From positions 129,270,001 to 129,334,000 of the forward strand of contig NC_043001.1 of NCBI RefSeq assembly GCF_006345805.1: a DNA stretch of 64,000 nt, read 5' to 3'. Positions within the stretch are counted from its first letter, which is position 1. Each line of letters begins with the position of its first letter. Both the position numbers and the translations under genes were made by a program. The notes beneath the pieces were generated by a model. The model did not search any database and was not told the DNA's origin. It worked only from the letters and a program-made list of their open reading frames with translations. Positions 1 through 17,635 of this stretch are shown here, one piece after another. Origin of the DNA: Octopus sinensis (Eukaryota).

Positions 1-59
1 GTGTGCGATCAATTTGACCAGCTAGAAGTAGCAACTAAGTTTCCCTAACCTCAATCCTT

Positions 60-225
60 ATATACAATGGATTTCCACACAAGTTCCTTCTACCAAATTC
101 TCTTACAAGGTATTGGTAGACCCAGGGCTATATTAGAAGACATTTGCCAAAGGTACAATGCAGTGGAACCGAACCAAAAGCCATGCAGTTGCAGAATGAA
201 ATTCTTCACAAGACAGCCATGCTGG
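60..225 (-). mobile_element. Decayed head of tRNA-derived SINE (family A)
   Basis: Diverged match to the younger family A copies at 26668-27085 and 49656-50057 (ctaccaaat..cacaagg..ctata..agaagacatttgccaaagg). Confidence 0.5.
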
Positions 226-631
226 CATTGTGCAATTAGTGAAATAAAATAACTCATCTGAGAATGTGAATTGAACCAGTACTGCTGAATTACAAGCTTG
301 CCTGAAGATTAGCAACAAATCTGGACTATATGGATATGATGTGATGTATGTCCGGTGAATTATATAACTACTTTTTGCATAGAAGTGTATATTTGAAATT
401 ACAGGTTCTTAATATTCTGTCCAGTTCTAGTTTGCGTCTCAAGTATTAAGAATAGAAAAAAAAAGAGCACATAAACACACATACATCAACACATACACAC
501 TCACACACACACACAGAGCAGTATTTTCTTAATTTAATCTGTTGATGTCAGCCATTTCTTTTCTTAAAGAAAAGGGAGAAAACCTATAATTATTGCATTC
601 ACTGGAATTTAAACTTATTATTATTATTATA

Positions 632-669
<38 letters not shown>

Positions 670-868
670 CATTATTATTATTATTTTTACAATTATTATA
701 ATCGCAGTTATTATTATTATAATTCCTTTTACTGCCATGAATTCCTAATTCACCGTTCTTTACATCCATAAACAGGACATTGTTTGGGAGTTTTATACCA
801 TTAAATTCTATTTTTACTCAACATACAGACACACAATAGACACATACAGACAGACATACAGACAGAGT

Positions 869-942
<74 letters not shown>

Positions 943-1074
943 GCATCAGTGATTTGACTACAAATATTGCTATTGAATATAACGAACAATAATTTCAAAA
1001 CTAACTAAATGCTAACTTTCTGCTAATTCTTTGGAGAAAGTCTTTTAGTTTAGAAAGTTGGAGAATATTGGTGC

Positions 1075-1436
1075 AAGCATAGCTGTGTGATTAAGAGGCT
1101 CCCTTTCTACCAAATGGTTTTAGGTTCAGTCTCACTGTGTGGAACCTTGGGCAAGCATCTTGTACTATCACGCTGGGTTGACCAATGTCTTGTGAGCGAA
1201 CATGGCAAATGGAAACAGTGTGGAATCCCATCATATATGTGTATTTGTTTATCTCTGTTGCTTGACAATCAGTATCGCTTTGTTTACATCCATGTAACTT
1301 TGGCAAGAGAGATCAATGGAATAAATTCCAGACTTGAAAATAAGCCCATGGGTTGATTTGTTTGACTAAAATATCCTTTAAGGCAGTGCTCCAGTTTGGC
1401 TACAGTCCAATGACTAAAACAAGTAAATGATAAAAG
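1075..1436 (+). mobile_element. Decayed SINE family A
   Basis: Head (gctgtgtg..ggttcagtctcactgtgtggaaccttgggcaag) and tail (..aatgactaaaacaagtaa) are collinear with the 49656-50057 copy. Confidence 0.6.
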
Positions 1437-1469
1437 TAGTAGGCATCCATCAGTCTCAATAGATCATGG

Positions 1470-1905
1470 ATCTGTGCCCAAAAGAATCGTGTCAGCCTTT
1501 GATGGTGGTGCAGCATCTGCTGTGGCTGTGGAGGCCCAGATGGGAGTGGTAGTCATGCATTTAGTGACTGAATCTGAAGGAGCTCTCTGTCGGCACTACT
1601 GGTTTTTCTTTCCATCAAGTGTGCTTTTCTCTGGAGGTAGGGTGGTTCCTCTTTCTCTCCCCCTTGCTTCATCCCCTTATGCAGTATATGTCTCCAGTGT
1701 GGGCGATCATTTGAGATCTCCTCCCATCTCAGAACGTCCAGATCTATTGACTTCATATCTCTCTTACAGACGTCCTTGAAACGAAGATGTGGTCCTCCTT
1801 ATGCTCTTGTGCCAGTGGCCAATTTCCCATACAAGAGGTCTTTTGGGATCCTTCTGTCCGGCATGCAGTGTACATGATTGAGCCAGTGCAGATGGGGGTG
1901 CTGGA
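1470..1905 (-). pseudogene. 3' fragment of an RTE (BovB-like) LINE ORF
   Basis: Minus-strand translation gives RIPKDLLYGKLATG..GPHLRFKDVCKRDMKSIDLDVLRWEEISNDRPHWR and a terminal YHSHLGLHSHSRCC, typical of the RTE C-terminus. Contains stops and frameshifts. Confidence 0.75.
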
Positions 1906-2308
1906 GCATGGTTAAAAAATACTTTAATATTTAAATGTTAAAAAAATACTATAACACTTGTTTCTAACACAGGCACAAGATATGAAATTATATGGGGAGG
2001 GTGTTCAGCTGATTAATATTTGAATTGCACTTTATTTTACCGATCCTGAGAGGATGAAAGATATCATTGGGGATCTGAAGTTAGGACATAAAGAGTCAGA
2101 TCAAATACTTCAAAGCATTTTATCCAGTGCATGAATGATTCTGTCAATCCACTGCTCTAAGAGAACTTCAGTACTCAGTTATAATGTAAGAGCATGATTG
2201 CGGAATAGGGAACAGTAGATTAAATCAACTCCAATATTTGACTGGTACTTTATTTTATCAATCAATGATATATCAAGGACAAAGTGGAAGCCAGAAGGAT
2301 TTCAACTT

Positions 2309-2614
2309 TTTTTAAAGACTCCACCGGTTACGACGACGAGGAACAGCTTGCTCGTGAAATTAACGTGCAAATGGCTGAGCATTCCACAGACACGTGTACC
2401 CTTAACGTAGTTCTCGGGGATAATCAGCGTGACACAGAGAGTGACAAGGCTGACCCTTTGAAATACAAGTACAACTCATTTTTGCCAGCTGAGTGGACTG
2501 GAGCAACGTGAAATAAAGTGTCTTGCTCAAGGACACAACGCGTCGCCGGGAATCAAACTCACAACCTCACGATCATGAGCCAAATGCCCTAACCACTAAG
2601 CCACGCGCCCTCAC
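2309..2614 (-). mobile_element. tRNA-derived SINE (family D) with 12 bp target-site duplication
   Basis: tRNA-like head and a central domain (rc of ttgagcaagacactttatttcacgttgctccagtccactcagctg). Direct repeat ggatttcaactt at 2297-2308 and 2615-2626. Confidence 0.8.
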
Positions 2615-2849
2615 GGATTTCAACTTAAAATGCAAGGAAATATAACTAGACACTGTAACACATTTTGTCCATCATTCTATCTATTCTAATAGGAAAAATA
2701 ATAATACGCTCTATATTGGCTACAAGGTCTGCAAAAGAACAATTAAGATAATACAAAGACAATTGACAATGGATTTTTATACAAACATATGTAATCAATA
2801 AAACAGAGGGAAGTACCGCTCAGGGGCAACCAGGGAACCCAACACATCT

Positions 2850-3360
2850 TGAGTCATCCTACTCAGCAGGAGTACCATGGAAAGTGTTTCCCTTTCTGTG
2901 ATACTTTTCAACCTACAGGTGCATGCTTAATGTGGTTCTATTCTTCACTTGGGCAATTTATGCTTTATTCACCCACCTTTTTACAAATTTACTGGACGGC
3001 AGCACCTGCCTCTACAGCCTCATATCTTCAAGATCTACAAATGCTCATAAAACATGTACTTATCTTTGCTGTTCTTGGTTGGCCTCAAATAGTCCAGCTC
3101 TGTTTAGACCTTTGATTAAAGACATCCTAACAGTGATTCCCACTGTCCTTTCCCTATGTGCTGGGAACCAAAGATTACATTATCCAGTGGACCCTTTTCA
3201 AAGACAATAGAGTGTGATTTAAGGGATACTTGGTTGTTAATTCTAGAAGATGACGAGATCACACGGAGAGTCTCCTGGTTTGTTAATTTTGTAGTGAGAC
3301 ATTTTAGGCAGATGAGAGATGAACTATTCTGCTTCCAAACTTCCAATGGGATACTCTAAA
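2850..3360 (-). pseudogene. Decayed 3' end of an L1/Tx1-like LINE ORF2
   Basis: Minus-strand fragment MRL*RQVLPSSKFVKRWVNKA resembles Tx1-type C-termini as I recall them; several stops. Family assignment is tentative. Confidence 0.4.
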
Positions 3361-4389
3361 ATTCTGGTCCAGATACATAACCAAAAGAAATGCTGTGGTG
3401 AATTTGAACTTATAACCAAAAAGTTGGGAATCCAATATTTTTATCTTCTTCATCAACTTGTTTTGTAAAAACACATACACACATATGCACACACAAACAT
3501 GTGCACATACATACATATCAAAGCATAAAGACACAGCAGTGTATAGACATATGTGTGCACATATGCCCACATATAAGCACAGCAATATAAACACACACAC
3601 ATGCAAATCATATATGTTCACATATATATGCATACACATTCACAGATTCAAGTAAAGATCTGTACAAATATATTCAAATATATAAACACACAGAGGAATG
3701 TACAAATTTGCATGTAAACAGACACACACACACGCACACAAAAACACACACACACACACACACACACTGATCAAATCAAATAAATGAACGTGAAAAAAAA
3801 ATATATATAGGAGAGAGAGAGAGGTGGGGAATCAGAGACAGAGAGTCAGAGAGAATAAATGCATATATCCATCCTGATAAACATATGTGAAAGCCACACC
3901 TGTATAGTGTTAAGAAGAATCTCAAAGAAAAGAAAGCAAAAATGCTCAATGTGATAAACTAGATTACAATAATAAAGTGAAAATATTGGGCTGCATGCAA
4001 TACTGATACCATATGACAATAATCATATCAATTTTTCAAACTTTTCTCCAAAGATATAACTTAGTATTATAATATGCACAAAATGTGTTATGAAAAGGTG
4101 CCTAAAGAATGTTAGGTGCTCGCAATTACATATTCAGCTAATCTTTACTGCACACATGTAAACATGCATTTCTTTGCATGTATAAAATGGAGGTGGGGTG
4201 GGTGGGGGTCAGGCGGGAAAGTATAATTTGAAGAAAAAAATAAATAAATAAAACAACTGAAATATAAATTTTAATTTTAAAAAAAAATTTGTTACTTTTT
4301 TTATTTTTTAAGAATTGACAATTTTTGAGTAAACATCACTATTATACCCTTGCAGTATCTATTAATACAAGTAAACATTTACACACATA

Positions 4390-4613
4390 CACATGTGTGT
4401 GTGTGTATGTATATATATATTGTGTGTGTGTGTGCATGCGTGTTCTTTATATATATATATACATATATAAGCATACTCACATGAATATGTATATACAAAA
4501 ATGTATTCAATATGAACATGCACATTTGTATCAGTGTCCATATAATTATATATATATATATATTATATATATATATATATATGCATGAGTGTGTGTAAGT
4601 ATGTATGTGTGTG

Positions 4614-4662
<49 letters not shown>

Positions 4663-4784
4663 GTGTGTGTATATATATATATATATATGGTGTATATATA
4701 TATATATGTGTGTGTATATATATATGTATACATATATATATATATGTATATATATATATATGTGTGTATATATATATATATGTG

Positions 4785-4815
<31 letters not shown>

Positions 4816-4848
4816 GTGTGTGTATATATATATATATATGGTGTATAT

Positions 4849-4898
<50 letters not shown>

Positions 4899-4911
4899 TA
4901 TTATATATAAC

Positions 4912-4945
<34 letters not shown>
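4390..4945. repeat. Compound (TA)n/(TG)n microsatellite
   Basis: Directly visible; the source of the YI/IY ORFs. Confidence 0.95.
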
Positions 4946-5865
4946 GAAAACACAAGCACATCATTTTCTATTCAATTACCTCCCCTGTTCTGTAACACAA
5001 CTCAAGCTGCTCATATTCTACATAATCACTTTGTAATACTATTAACATAACTTATACACGGTATAGTCTATGCAATCATTTTCCCTTAACTATAACACAA
5101 TTCACACGGCAAATGTCATCCAGAATCATCTCCGAATGCTACAACACAGACGTACGCACAATACACATATTCTACCTAACACCTTCCAATACCACACACA
5201 ACAGCATATATTCTATCACACTGGTTATCAGATCTTAGTAATACTGAGCACCCTTTAATAGAATGGCATTTTACAAACACCCTTCTTCATGTTTTGCAAA
5301 TCAAACACACACACAAAAAAAAAAAACGGCAAAAAAATACTAAAAAAAAAGAGAAAAGAGAAAAAACAAAACAAAACAAATACTAGCAGATTATTATTTT
5401 AATTAAGCAGAAGCTAATTTTGTGCAATGTTTTATTACCCATATTTTCTTATTCTATCTCATCCACCATGTACCCCTTTCTTGATATTTGCATGAACTAG
5501 TGGCCTTTATGTTAAATGATTATGGACATCACTATAGAAAACATGAATTTATATGACAAAATTATATTGGACCTTGGCGCATCATCAGTCATGTTTTCTG
5601 CTCACTGATGGCACAATGGCTGACTCATATTTTAATTCTGACAAAGATTTTATGAAAATGTGTTAAAAATAAAAGTATCGGGTTTGGTTTAAATATTTTA
5701 TTTCTAAGAAAAATCACAACGTTGCTGAACAATCTCCATTGAGCACTTATTTTCCTATTTTCTGTTCCCTTGTGATCATATAATGTCCTCTGGGAGGAGT
5801 TTATTCCTGAGGTTAAGATCCACTGTTTTTTACAATTACTTTCCAATGTTTATAACAAAAATGGT

Positions 5866-6420
5866 GGAAAGCTGACAGAAATGTTAGCATGCCAGGCAAA
5901 ATGCTTACTCTTTTACTCTTTTACTTGTTTCAATCATTTGGCTGTGGCCATGCTGGAGCACTGCCTTTAGTCAAGCAAATCGACCCCAGGACTTATTCTA
6001 TTGGTCTCGTTTGCTGAACCACTGAGTTACGGGGACGTAAACACACCAGCATCAGTTGTCAAGTGATGTTGGGGGGACAAACACAGACACAAACATACAC
6101 ACACACATATATATATATATACATATATATGACGGGCTTCTTTCAGTTTCCATCTATCAAATCCACTCACAAGGCTTTGGTTGGCCTGAGGCTATAGAAG
6201 ACACTTGCCCAAGGTGCCATGCAGTGGGACTGATACCAGAACCATGTGGTTCATAAGCAAGCTACTTACAACACTTAGTGACATTTCATCTGTCTTCACT
6301 TTCTGAGTTCAAATTCTGCCAGGGTAAACTTGGCCTTTCATTCTTTCAGGGTTGATAGAATAAGTACCAGTTGAATACAGGGGTTGATGTAAAAACTGCT
6401 GGCCTTGTGCCAAAATTTGA
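5866..6420. mobile_element. SINE family A (minus, ~5906-6273) nested inside SINE family B (plus)
   Basis: The family B head (gaaagctgacagaaatgttagcatgccaggcaaaatgctta) is interrupted by a family A copy and resumes at ~6274 (ttagtgacatttc..gagttcaaattctgcc). Confidence 0.75.
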
Positions 6421-6439
6421 AATTGATATTCATAACAAA

Positions 6440-6600
6440 AACCTCACACATAGTACATATTCTATGCAATTACCTCTCAGTACAACTTATACAACACATG
6501 TTCTTACTAACAATAACTCTGAGCACCTTTTCAAACTCCACCTGTCTAACACCCGTGGACATGTTTACAAAGAAGCCACACCTTTCAATTGAGCAAACTC
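6440..6600 (+). pseudogene. CR1-like LINE 3' fragment
   Basis: Translation NNSEHLFKLHLSNTRGHVYK contains the TRGH motif of the CR1 ORF2 C-terminus. Confidence 0.45.
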
Positions 6601-6784
6601 AAAGTTGCCATACAAACTCCCCAGCAATTTTAACATAGGTATGCAAATTTTCAGGTCAATCCGACCACATTTACTAACACTATTGCCTGCACGACTGCTG
6701 GTGAGACAACGTCTGCCCTTTTCACAAATCTATAGTAGATATGTGTGCAATGACAAGTGACCAAGACCTTTCGTAATATGTTGT

Positions 6785-7035
6785 GCATGGGAAGACTCAT
6801 CAAGCCAAATGAAATCATAGCTGTGACTGTTGCCAGTGTCATGTGAATGGCACCCATGCCAGTGGCACATAAAAAGCAGCCATTACACTCTTGGAGGGGC
6901 TGTTGTTAGGAAGGGCATCCAGCTGCACAAACAATGGTTTCATTTCTTACTAGTTCCAGTCAAACTGTTTAACCCATGCCAGCATGGAAAATGGATGTTA
7001 AATGATGATGATGATGATATGATGATAATGATGAT
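6785..7035 (+). mobile_element. RTE-type 3' tail fragment
   Basis: gttaggaagggcatccagctg..aacccatgccagcatggaaaatggatgttaaa(tga)n matches the 3' end of the RTE at 33560-33722. Confidence 0.65.
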
Positions 7036-7061
7036 GATAATATATATATATACACACACAC

Positions 7062-7123
<62 letters not shown>

Positions 7124-7126
7124 ATA

Positions 7127-7355
7127 GGCGGCGAGCTGGTAGAAACGTTAGCACGCTGGGCAAAATTCGTAGCCGTATTTTGTCTGTCGTTACGTTCCGA
7201 GTTCAAATTCCGCCGAGGTCGACTTTGCCTTTCATCCTTTCGGGGTCGATAAATTAAGTACCAGTTACGCACTGGGGTCGATGTAGTCGACTTAATCCCT
7301 TTGTCTGTCCTTGTTTGTCCCCTCTGTGTTTAGCCCCTTGTGGGTAATAAAGAAA
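7127..7355 (+). mobile_element. Young SINE family B
   Basis: ggcggcgagctgg..B-box-like gagttcaaattcc..ggggtcgataaattaagtaccagttacgcactgggg; many copies in the window. Confidence 0.85.
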
Positions 7356-7393
7356 TATATATATATATATATATACACATATATACATACATA

Positions 7394-7712
7394 TATATAT
7401 ATTTATATACCACACGATCACGTGACCGACCAGACCATCAGATGTTGCTACACATCGCTGGTCACAATGTGTTCACATTGTTTTTTAGCCTTTGAACGAC
7501 ACCACCCCGCTGGCTAAGCGAGCAGGCCAACAGAAGAAAGAGTGGGAGAAAGAGTGGTGAAAGAGTACAGCAGGGATCACCCCCCCCCCCCTGCCGAGGC
7601 CTCGTAGAGCCTTTAGGTGCTTTTGCTCAATAAACACACACAACGCCCGGTCTGGGAATCGAAACCGCGATCCTACGACTGCGAGTCTGCTGCCCCAACC
7701 ACTGGACCATTG
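7394..7712 (-). mobile_element. Young tRNA-derived SINE family C
   Basis: Reverse complement matches 21393-21705; A-box-like tggtccagtgg and B-box-like gtttcgattcc. Confidence 0.85.
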
Positions 7713-7772
7713 CACCTCCACATATTTATATATATATACATACATATCTATATACACACACACACACATATA

Positions 7773-9024
7773 CAGGGGTTGGACAAAATAATGGAAACAC
7801 CTTGCATCATAGCATCATAATTTTGAAATATTTATAAAACCATCAAAAGCTCGTTTATTTTTATGTTTTTGATTTATTATTAGTGTTGCTTAATAAGTTT
7901 TTCTAAAATTGCTGTTTCTTTTCATTAGAAAAAGGTAATTAAAATTCATTAAAATGACAGATCAATCGGACTTTCAAAGAGGTCAAATTGTTGGTGCTTG
8001 TATGGCAGGTGCTAGCATAGGAAAAGCAGCTGAAATGTTTGGTGTATCAAGACATACTGTCTCAAAATTAATGACAGCCGTTGAGAAAGAGGGAAAAACC
8101 TCCTTGTGAAACAAAACTCCGAAAGAAAACCAAAACTTTCAGATAGGGACCGTCAGACTCCTATGTGAATTGTTAGAAAGAATCACAAAATTTCTCAAAA
8201 TTACTGCAGAGCTTAATGACCAACATGAGAACACAGTTCCCATAAAAACTGTTCACCGAGAGCTGTACAAAGCTGGATTTCATGAGAGGGCTGCAATCAG
8301 AAAACCACTACTTTCAAAAACAAACGTGGCAAAGCATTTAGAGTGGAGTAAAAACCTACAGAATTGGTCCCTAGAGCAGTGGAAGAATGCTATATTCTTG
8401 GACGAGTCATCCTTTACCTTATTTACGACTACTGTTTGAGTACATGTGTGGAAACAGCCAAAAGAAGCATTTGATGCAGACTGCCTTCTTCCAACTGTTA
8501 AACATGGAGGAGGATCTGTGATGATCCGGGAGGCTATATCTTGGAAATCCATCGGCTCAATGGTTTCCCTTCATGGCAAAATTAATAGTCAATACTATTT
8601 AAGCATTTTATCTGATCAAATTTATCCTATGGTTGTGAAACTGTTTCTGAAGGGAAATGCAATCTTTCGGGATGATAATGCACCAATTCACAAAGCTAAA
8701 GTTGTAACAAGGAATATTCTAGTGAAGTTGAACATCTTATGTGGCCACCACAGTCCCTAGATCTCAATATTATTGAACATTTATGGTGCATTATAGAAAA
8801 ACAAGTAAGGAGTTGATCGATATTCTCCAGCATCATCACTACAAGAACTGAAGACTATTTTAGCTGAAGAATGGATAAAAATTCCTTTGGAAACAATTCA
8901 AACTTTGCTTGTGTCCACACCTCATAGGATTCAAGCTGTAATTACTGCCAAAGACGGTCCTACCCCATATTAAAAAAAATTGTTTGAAATTTTAAGGTGT
9001 TTCCATTATTTTGTCCAACTCCTG
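7773..9024 (+). mobile_element. Full-length Tc1-family DNA transposon (defective)
   Basis: Terminal inverted repeats caggggttggacaaaataatggaaacacctt / aaggtgtttccattattttgtccaactcctg, with TA on both sides (7771-7772, 9025-9026) and internal transposase remnants. Confidence 0.95.
7954..8973 (+). pseudogene. Tc1 DDE transposase, disrupted by stops and frameshifts
   Basis: MTDQSDFQRGQIVGA.. N-terminus, RAAIRKPLLS, WKNAIFLDESSF, PTVKHGGGSVM, FRDDNAPIH, DLNIIEHLW and terminal GPTPY*. Confidence 0.92.
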
Positions 9025-9099
9025 TATATCTCTACCTATATATTTGCAAGCACACTTGTGTACACATATTATGCATTGAGTTACCTTTTGTTTTATGCT

Positions 9100-12700
<3,601 letters not shown>

Positions 12701-12702
12701 CA

Positions 12703-13383
12703 CAGGTTTGCAGTCCATGGAAGCAAGGGAAGTAATGATTCCCTTAAAAATTATAGAACCAAAATTGAAACTATATCACTTATATTTCATAAGGTCGTTC
12801 TTCTAATGTTCTGTAAAATTAATAATATAAACTACATGACATCATAGGTTTCATACTTTTGTGGTCAGAATTAGCATGAGTCAACAAGCAGTGGCTGACG
12901 ACACTAAAAATACGACAAGGGAAGCAACATGTGCTGTTGCATCCTTTGCGGTGTAATATTTTAACATTTTTTCCGATAAAAATGCCACAGAGACAATTTT
13001 TTTCTAGCAAGAGCTGATAACGAATAGTTTTAGATACTAATAAATACGTATATGCTTAGATTAAGTTTCTGTCAATTTGCAATACCTATGATATATATGA
13101 TCTTAACGTTGTTATGTAACACTTATATAGGAAAAGGGAAGCAAGTTGACATTCTGCGTCCATCAGAAATATAGTGAAAAGATTACACATGCATAGTTTT
13201 CTGTGTTTATTCAAGTAATATTTTAAAGTTTTTCAAATTACAGAACATCCTTAATATAAAATGTAATTTAAAAAATTTTTTTAAATAGCTGTATAATATG
13301 AACATGTCAATTTGATCCAAATATCTGAGACAGAAAATTTTGGTCATTGCTTCCCCAGCCAGAAAGATCACCACATGCCCCTG
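12703..13383. mobile_element. Possible degenerate hAT-like non-autonomous element
   Basis: CAGG.. start and ..CCCTG end with partial inverted similarity (gggaagtaatga vs rc gggaagcaatga), between (TA)n tracts. Confidence 0.3.
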
Positions 13384-13404
13384 ATATATATATATATAAT
13401 CACA

Positions 13405-13730
13405 AGCAAGCTGTGTAGGTGCAGACATGACTATAGGGTTCAGAAGCTCAATTAGCCACAACTTAGCTTCAGGTTCAGTCCCACTATGTGATACCTTGTG
13501 TCAGTTTCCTCTTTGAGAACATTTGGCTAACAAATGCATTGTGAGTGCATTTGGTAGTTAAACTGAGTGGAATCTCATTTTACATATATAATATGCATAG
13601 ATATATACATATATCTTTGTGTGTGTGTGTGTGTGTGTGTGTTTGTTACTGTTCTTCCCACCCCCATCACTTGACAACTAGTATTGGTTATTTTATACCC
13701 CTGTAATTAAGTGGTTAGACAAAAGAGCCC
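13405..13730 (+). mobile_element. Decayed SINE family A
   Basis: ggttcagtcccactatgtgataccttg..gtgagtgcatttggtag..(tg)n..cttgacaactagtattgg; collinear with family A. Confidence 0.55.
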
Positions 13731-14613
13731 TTTCCTACCCCCACATAAAAACAAACAAACAAATAAAACTCAAAAATTAATAGAATACAAAATTCAGAGA
13801 AATTCACTTGATAAATTGCACGAGAATAAACACACAAGATGCAAACAGGAATTCTTTTGATGAGAAGGTATTTTTAAAACAAGGCTAAACTTTGTTTCTC
13901 ACATAGGAAAATGTTTAGTTCCACGTTTTTGACTCCTCAACTCAAAGAGACAACACTATTTGCATTGTGGTTACATGCAGTTCAGAATTTGGTGACAGGT
14001 GAGGATATTTGCTGTGTAGGACTTTAAGGGTTAAATTTTATGTCAACAAACGGGTCAGAATTAAAGAAAATCTAATGTAAAATACCACTAGGAGTGCATT
14101 GACAGAATTGTTAAAGCATTGAACTGAAGTTTTTTGTGGTAGTTCTTTCAGCTGTGTTCATTCTGAGTTCAAATCTCACAACATCACTGAAAATCAATGA
14201 CACTTCAGTCAGGTGTTTCTACTGAAAGTCGGTATCAACAATTTGAAAAATCAATGAAAATATTGTTTACCTGTTTTAATTAAAGCTCAACTACCACCAC
14301 CAAATATACCATAACTGTAATGTCCTATCTTTAAATAAACAGCTGTAACAGACACAATTTTCCCATAACAAAGATGTTAGACATGCTAGTTATTTCATTT
14401 AATTAATTATTAAAATTTCTAAAACAATAAATGTCAATGGTTTATGTTTCTAATGGACCAGTCACTGGTTCACTGCTTTCCTGATGGAGAAAGTGGTGAG
14501 TGTCAGCAACTCAATGCAAAACAAATATCTCAAAGAATTTTAAAAATAAAAGCACTTTTTTTTTTTTTGGTTTTCTTGATAATGCTTGCATCATTTACTG
14601 AATGACACACAGA

Positions 14614-14651
<38 letters not shown>

Positions 14652-16172
14652 TATCATGATTATTATTGTCTCAATGTCCATTTTTTTTTATGCTTGCATG
14701 AATCAGACGAAATTTGCTCAGCCAAGTTTTCTTCAGCTGGGTATTCTTCTGATTAGCAATCCTCTCACTTGTTTGCCATCAAAGTAATATTTTCCCTTAT
14801 CCTTTAAATAACACACACCTCATTGGGTTGATATGATTTCATAGATTTCAAACAAATGGCACTATTTGTATGAATGGTAACTTTGCTCACAGTCAGAACA
14901 CAAATACCAAAATGAGGGAAGATACATAGACACACACACTCTTTCTTTCACTCTCTCACATATATATACATAAAGATATATGTATATGTGACAAATTTCT
15001 TACAAGGCATTTGTTAGTCCAGGGATATAGTAGAAAAAGGCTTGCTCAAATTGCCATGCTGTGGGGCAGGCACAGATATAGAGTATCTAGGATTACATTA
15101 CCAAATGAGTCCTTCCATTTTTTATTAAGATGCAAGAGTATGATTTTGAGGAGACTTGGTTGTTTTTGACAGATAGCACAACCAAGTAGAAGATCTTTCA
15201 TTGACTTTTTGTTATTGTTGTTTTTGATGAAGAGATGGTTCAGGCTGGAATGCCTTTGATCATGAATCATCTCAATCAGGACTGACCTGCAGCACCCAAA
15301 TGCTTTTGCTAAGGGACCAATTCATGTGTAATGCCAAGCATAGGAACATGAAGGATGAGGTTAAAAGACTGGAAATTTTTAATTAGTCTAGCAGTAACTA
15401 ATTTAAGATAATTAGATATGTAAGGACCGATGAAGATTTACAGATGTGTCCAGCTCATAGCAAAAATTTACAAAAAGATGGAAGTTAAATTATGATGATG
15501 ATGATGATGATGTGGAGGAGGAAGACAATGCTGATGATAATGGTGATGAAGATCATGATAACGGCAGTTCTAACTAGATTCTACAGCCATCACTCATAAA
15601 CAGGTATGACTTGTTTTCATGTAACCAAGCTTTTTTGTGCCTATGTCATTGCAAACGGACAGAGACACTTTCTTACTCCTCACACACTTGATTAAGGAAA
15701 CATCATGGATGTGGTAGCCAAAGAGAGAGAGAGAGAGAGAGAGAGAGGGTTGCACTGGTACACAGCTGGTACTTATTTTCAGTTATGTAGACTGGAGCAA
15801 TGTGAAATGAAATGCCTTGCTCAAAAACACAATGCACTGCTTGGTATAGGAATTGAATCCTTGAACATATGACTGTGAGCTCAACATCACTAAACCATGC
15901 CCCTTCACAAACCAGTTACCAGTAGCAGTGATGATGATCTTCTATAGACTGACACATGTTAGATAGAATGATGGATGTGCCATATAACCTGTTTATTATA
16001 CAATTTGTGTATCATTGTTCTATGACAATGTCTTTTCAAGCTAGCAAAACCTGGAGTAGGGCGGTGGGGGGGGGGGGGGGTCACAACTCCCTGAAAGAAT
16101 AGTGTGGCCATTAGGGTGTTTGCCCTCCCTCACCTTAAAATAGAAGATTCATTTGGGATTCTCAGCTGTAGC

Positions 16173-16220
<48 letters not shown>

Positions 16221-16655
16221 GATTATAACAGCTATATACACATTCACTATATTTTGATCCTACAGTGGCAGCTAAGCTTCTCAACATGTGGGATGGGACT
16301 AACCCCTGAGAAGGGAGTAGGAGAAGCAACCTTAGAGGTCCCCTCTGCACCTTGAGGAGAGACCAGTAAAAGCATCATGATGATGATGAAGATGCTATTG
16401 ATGATGATAAAATGTGATGGCAGTCGGGGTGGTGATGGTGACGTTTTATTTCAAGTTATGGACATATGCAAGTATGTTGTCATATAGAGCCATCCAACCT
16501 ATGACATTGATTAAAAACCTGAAGAGACTTTCAACTGATGGGGGATGTGGATTATCATGTGAAAGGGGGTAGTGATGACAATAATGAAAGCAAAGCGAGA
16601 CAACACATATACATACACACAAGTATTCACATACAAAAATATATGCATACACACT

Positions 16656-16698
<43 letters not shown>

Positions 16699-16917
16699 CA
16701 CATACAAACAATAAATATGTACACAAGCATATGCACACATACACATAAACACACAGGTATACATGTACAAATATATATATATATATATATACATGCAAAA
16801 TCAAAAAAATTAAGAAAAACTATTGAAAAATCAAATTTTAACTCAGTGTTGACAACATAATACAACTAGACTTCCGATTCGATTTGAAAACAGAAAGAAA
16901 TGACGATAACTATGAAC

Positions 16918-16959
<42 letters not shown>

Positions 16960-17558
16960 CAACAACAACAACAATAATAAATTTCTTTTATTTTCATTAA
17001 AAAAATTAATTTCAAAATAATTTTATTTCTTTGTTTTTTTGTATGTTTTTAAAAATAATAATGATGATGATGCTAAAGAAGTTGATAATAAAAAAAAAAG
17101 CAAAACATCACCAGAACCATCACTTTTGACTAGAATGACTATAGTTACTAATAATACTAATAAACAGAGAATTATAGAATTACAGAGGTGAAGACGATTT
17201 GTACCGAGCTTGTTAATATGACTTTGTTTTTAAAACAAATAAATGTATGATAACAACCACCAAGTAATACAAGAAAATTGCATTGAGGAAAAATACATAA
17301 AATAAATAAGAAAAAACCTTTTAAAATCCATTCATTACATATGACAAGAGAGGTATTGAAAAAATCCAAAAAAAGTTTTATTATTGTTGTTGGTATTGTT
17401 TATTTTGTTGTCAGTATTATTTTCATTGCTGTAGTTACAGTAATTATCACTATTATCATCATCATCATCACCTTCATAATTATCACTATTTTATAAAAAA
17501 AATTAACAAAAATTAGTCACACATATATGCTGGTGCGTATGTGTAAGTATACACACAC

Positions 17559-17635
<77 letters not shown>

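Noticed and set aside
4190-4220. G-quadruplex-capable G-runs (also ~11826-11875 and ~16065-16080)
   Set aside because: Short G-rich simple repeats with no functional context.
4546-5050. YI/IY-rich ORFs here and at 10.5-11.7 kb, 28.5 kb, 47.9 kb and 60.3-61.1 kb
   Set aside because: (TA)n repeats lack stop codons; these are artefactual ORFs.
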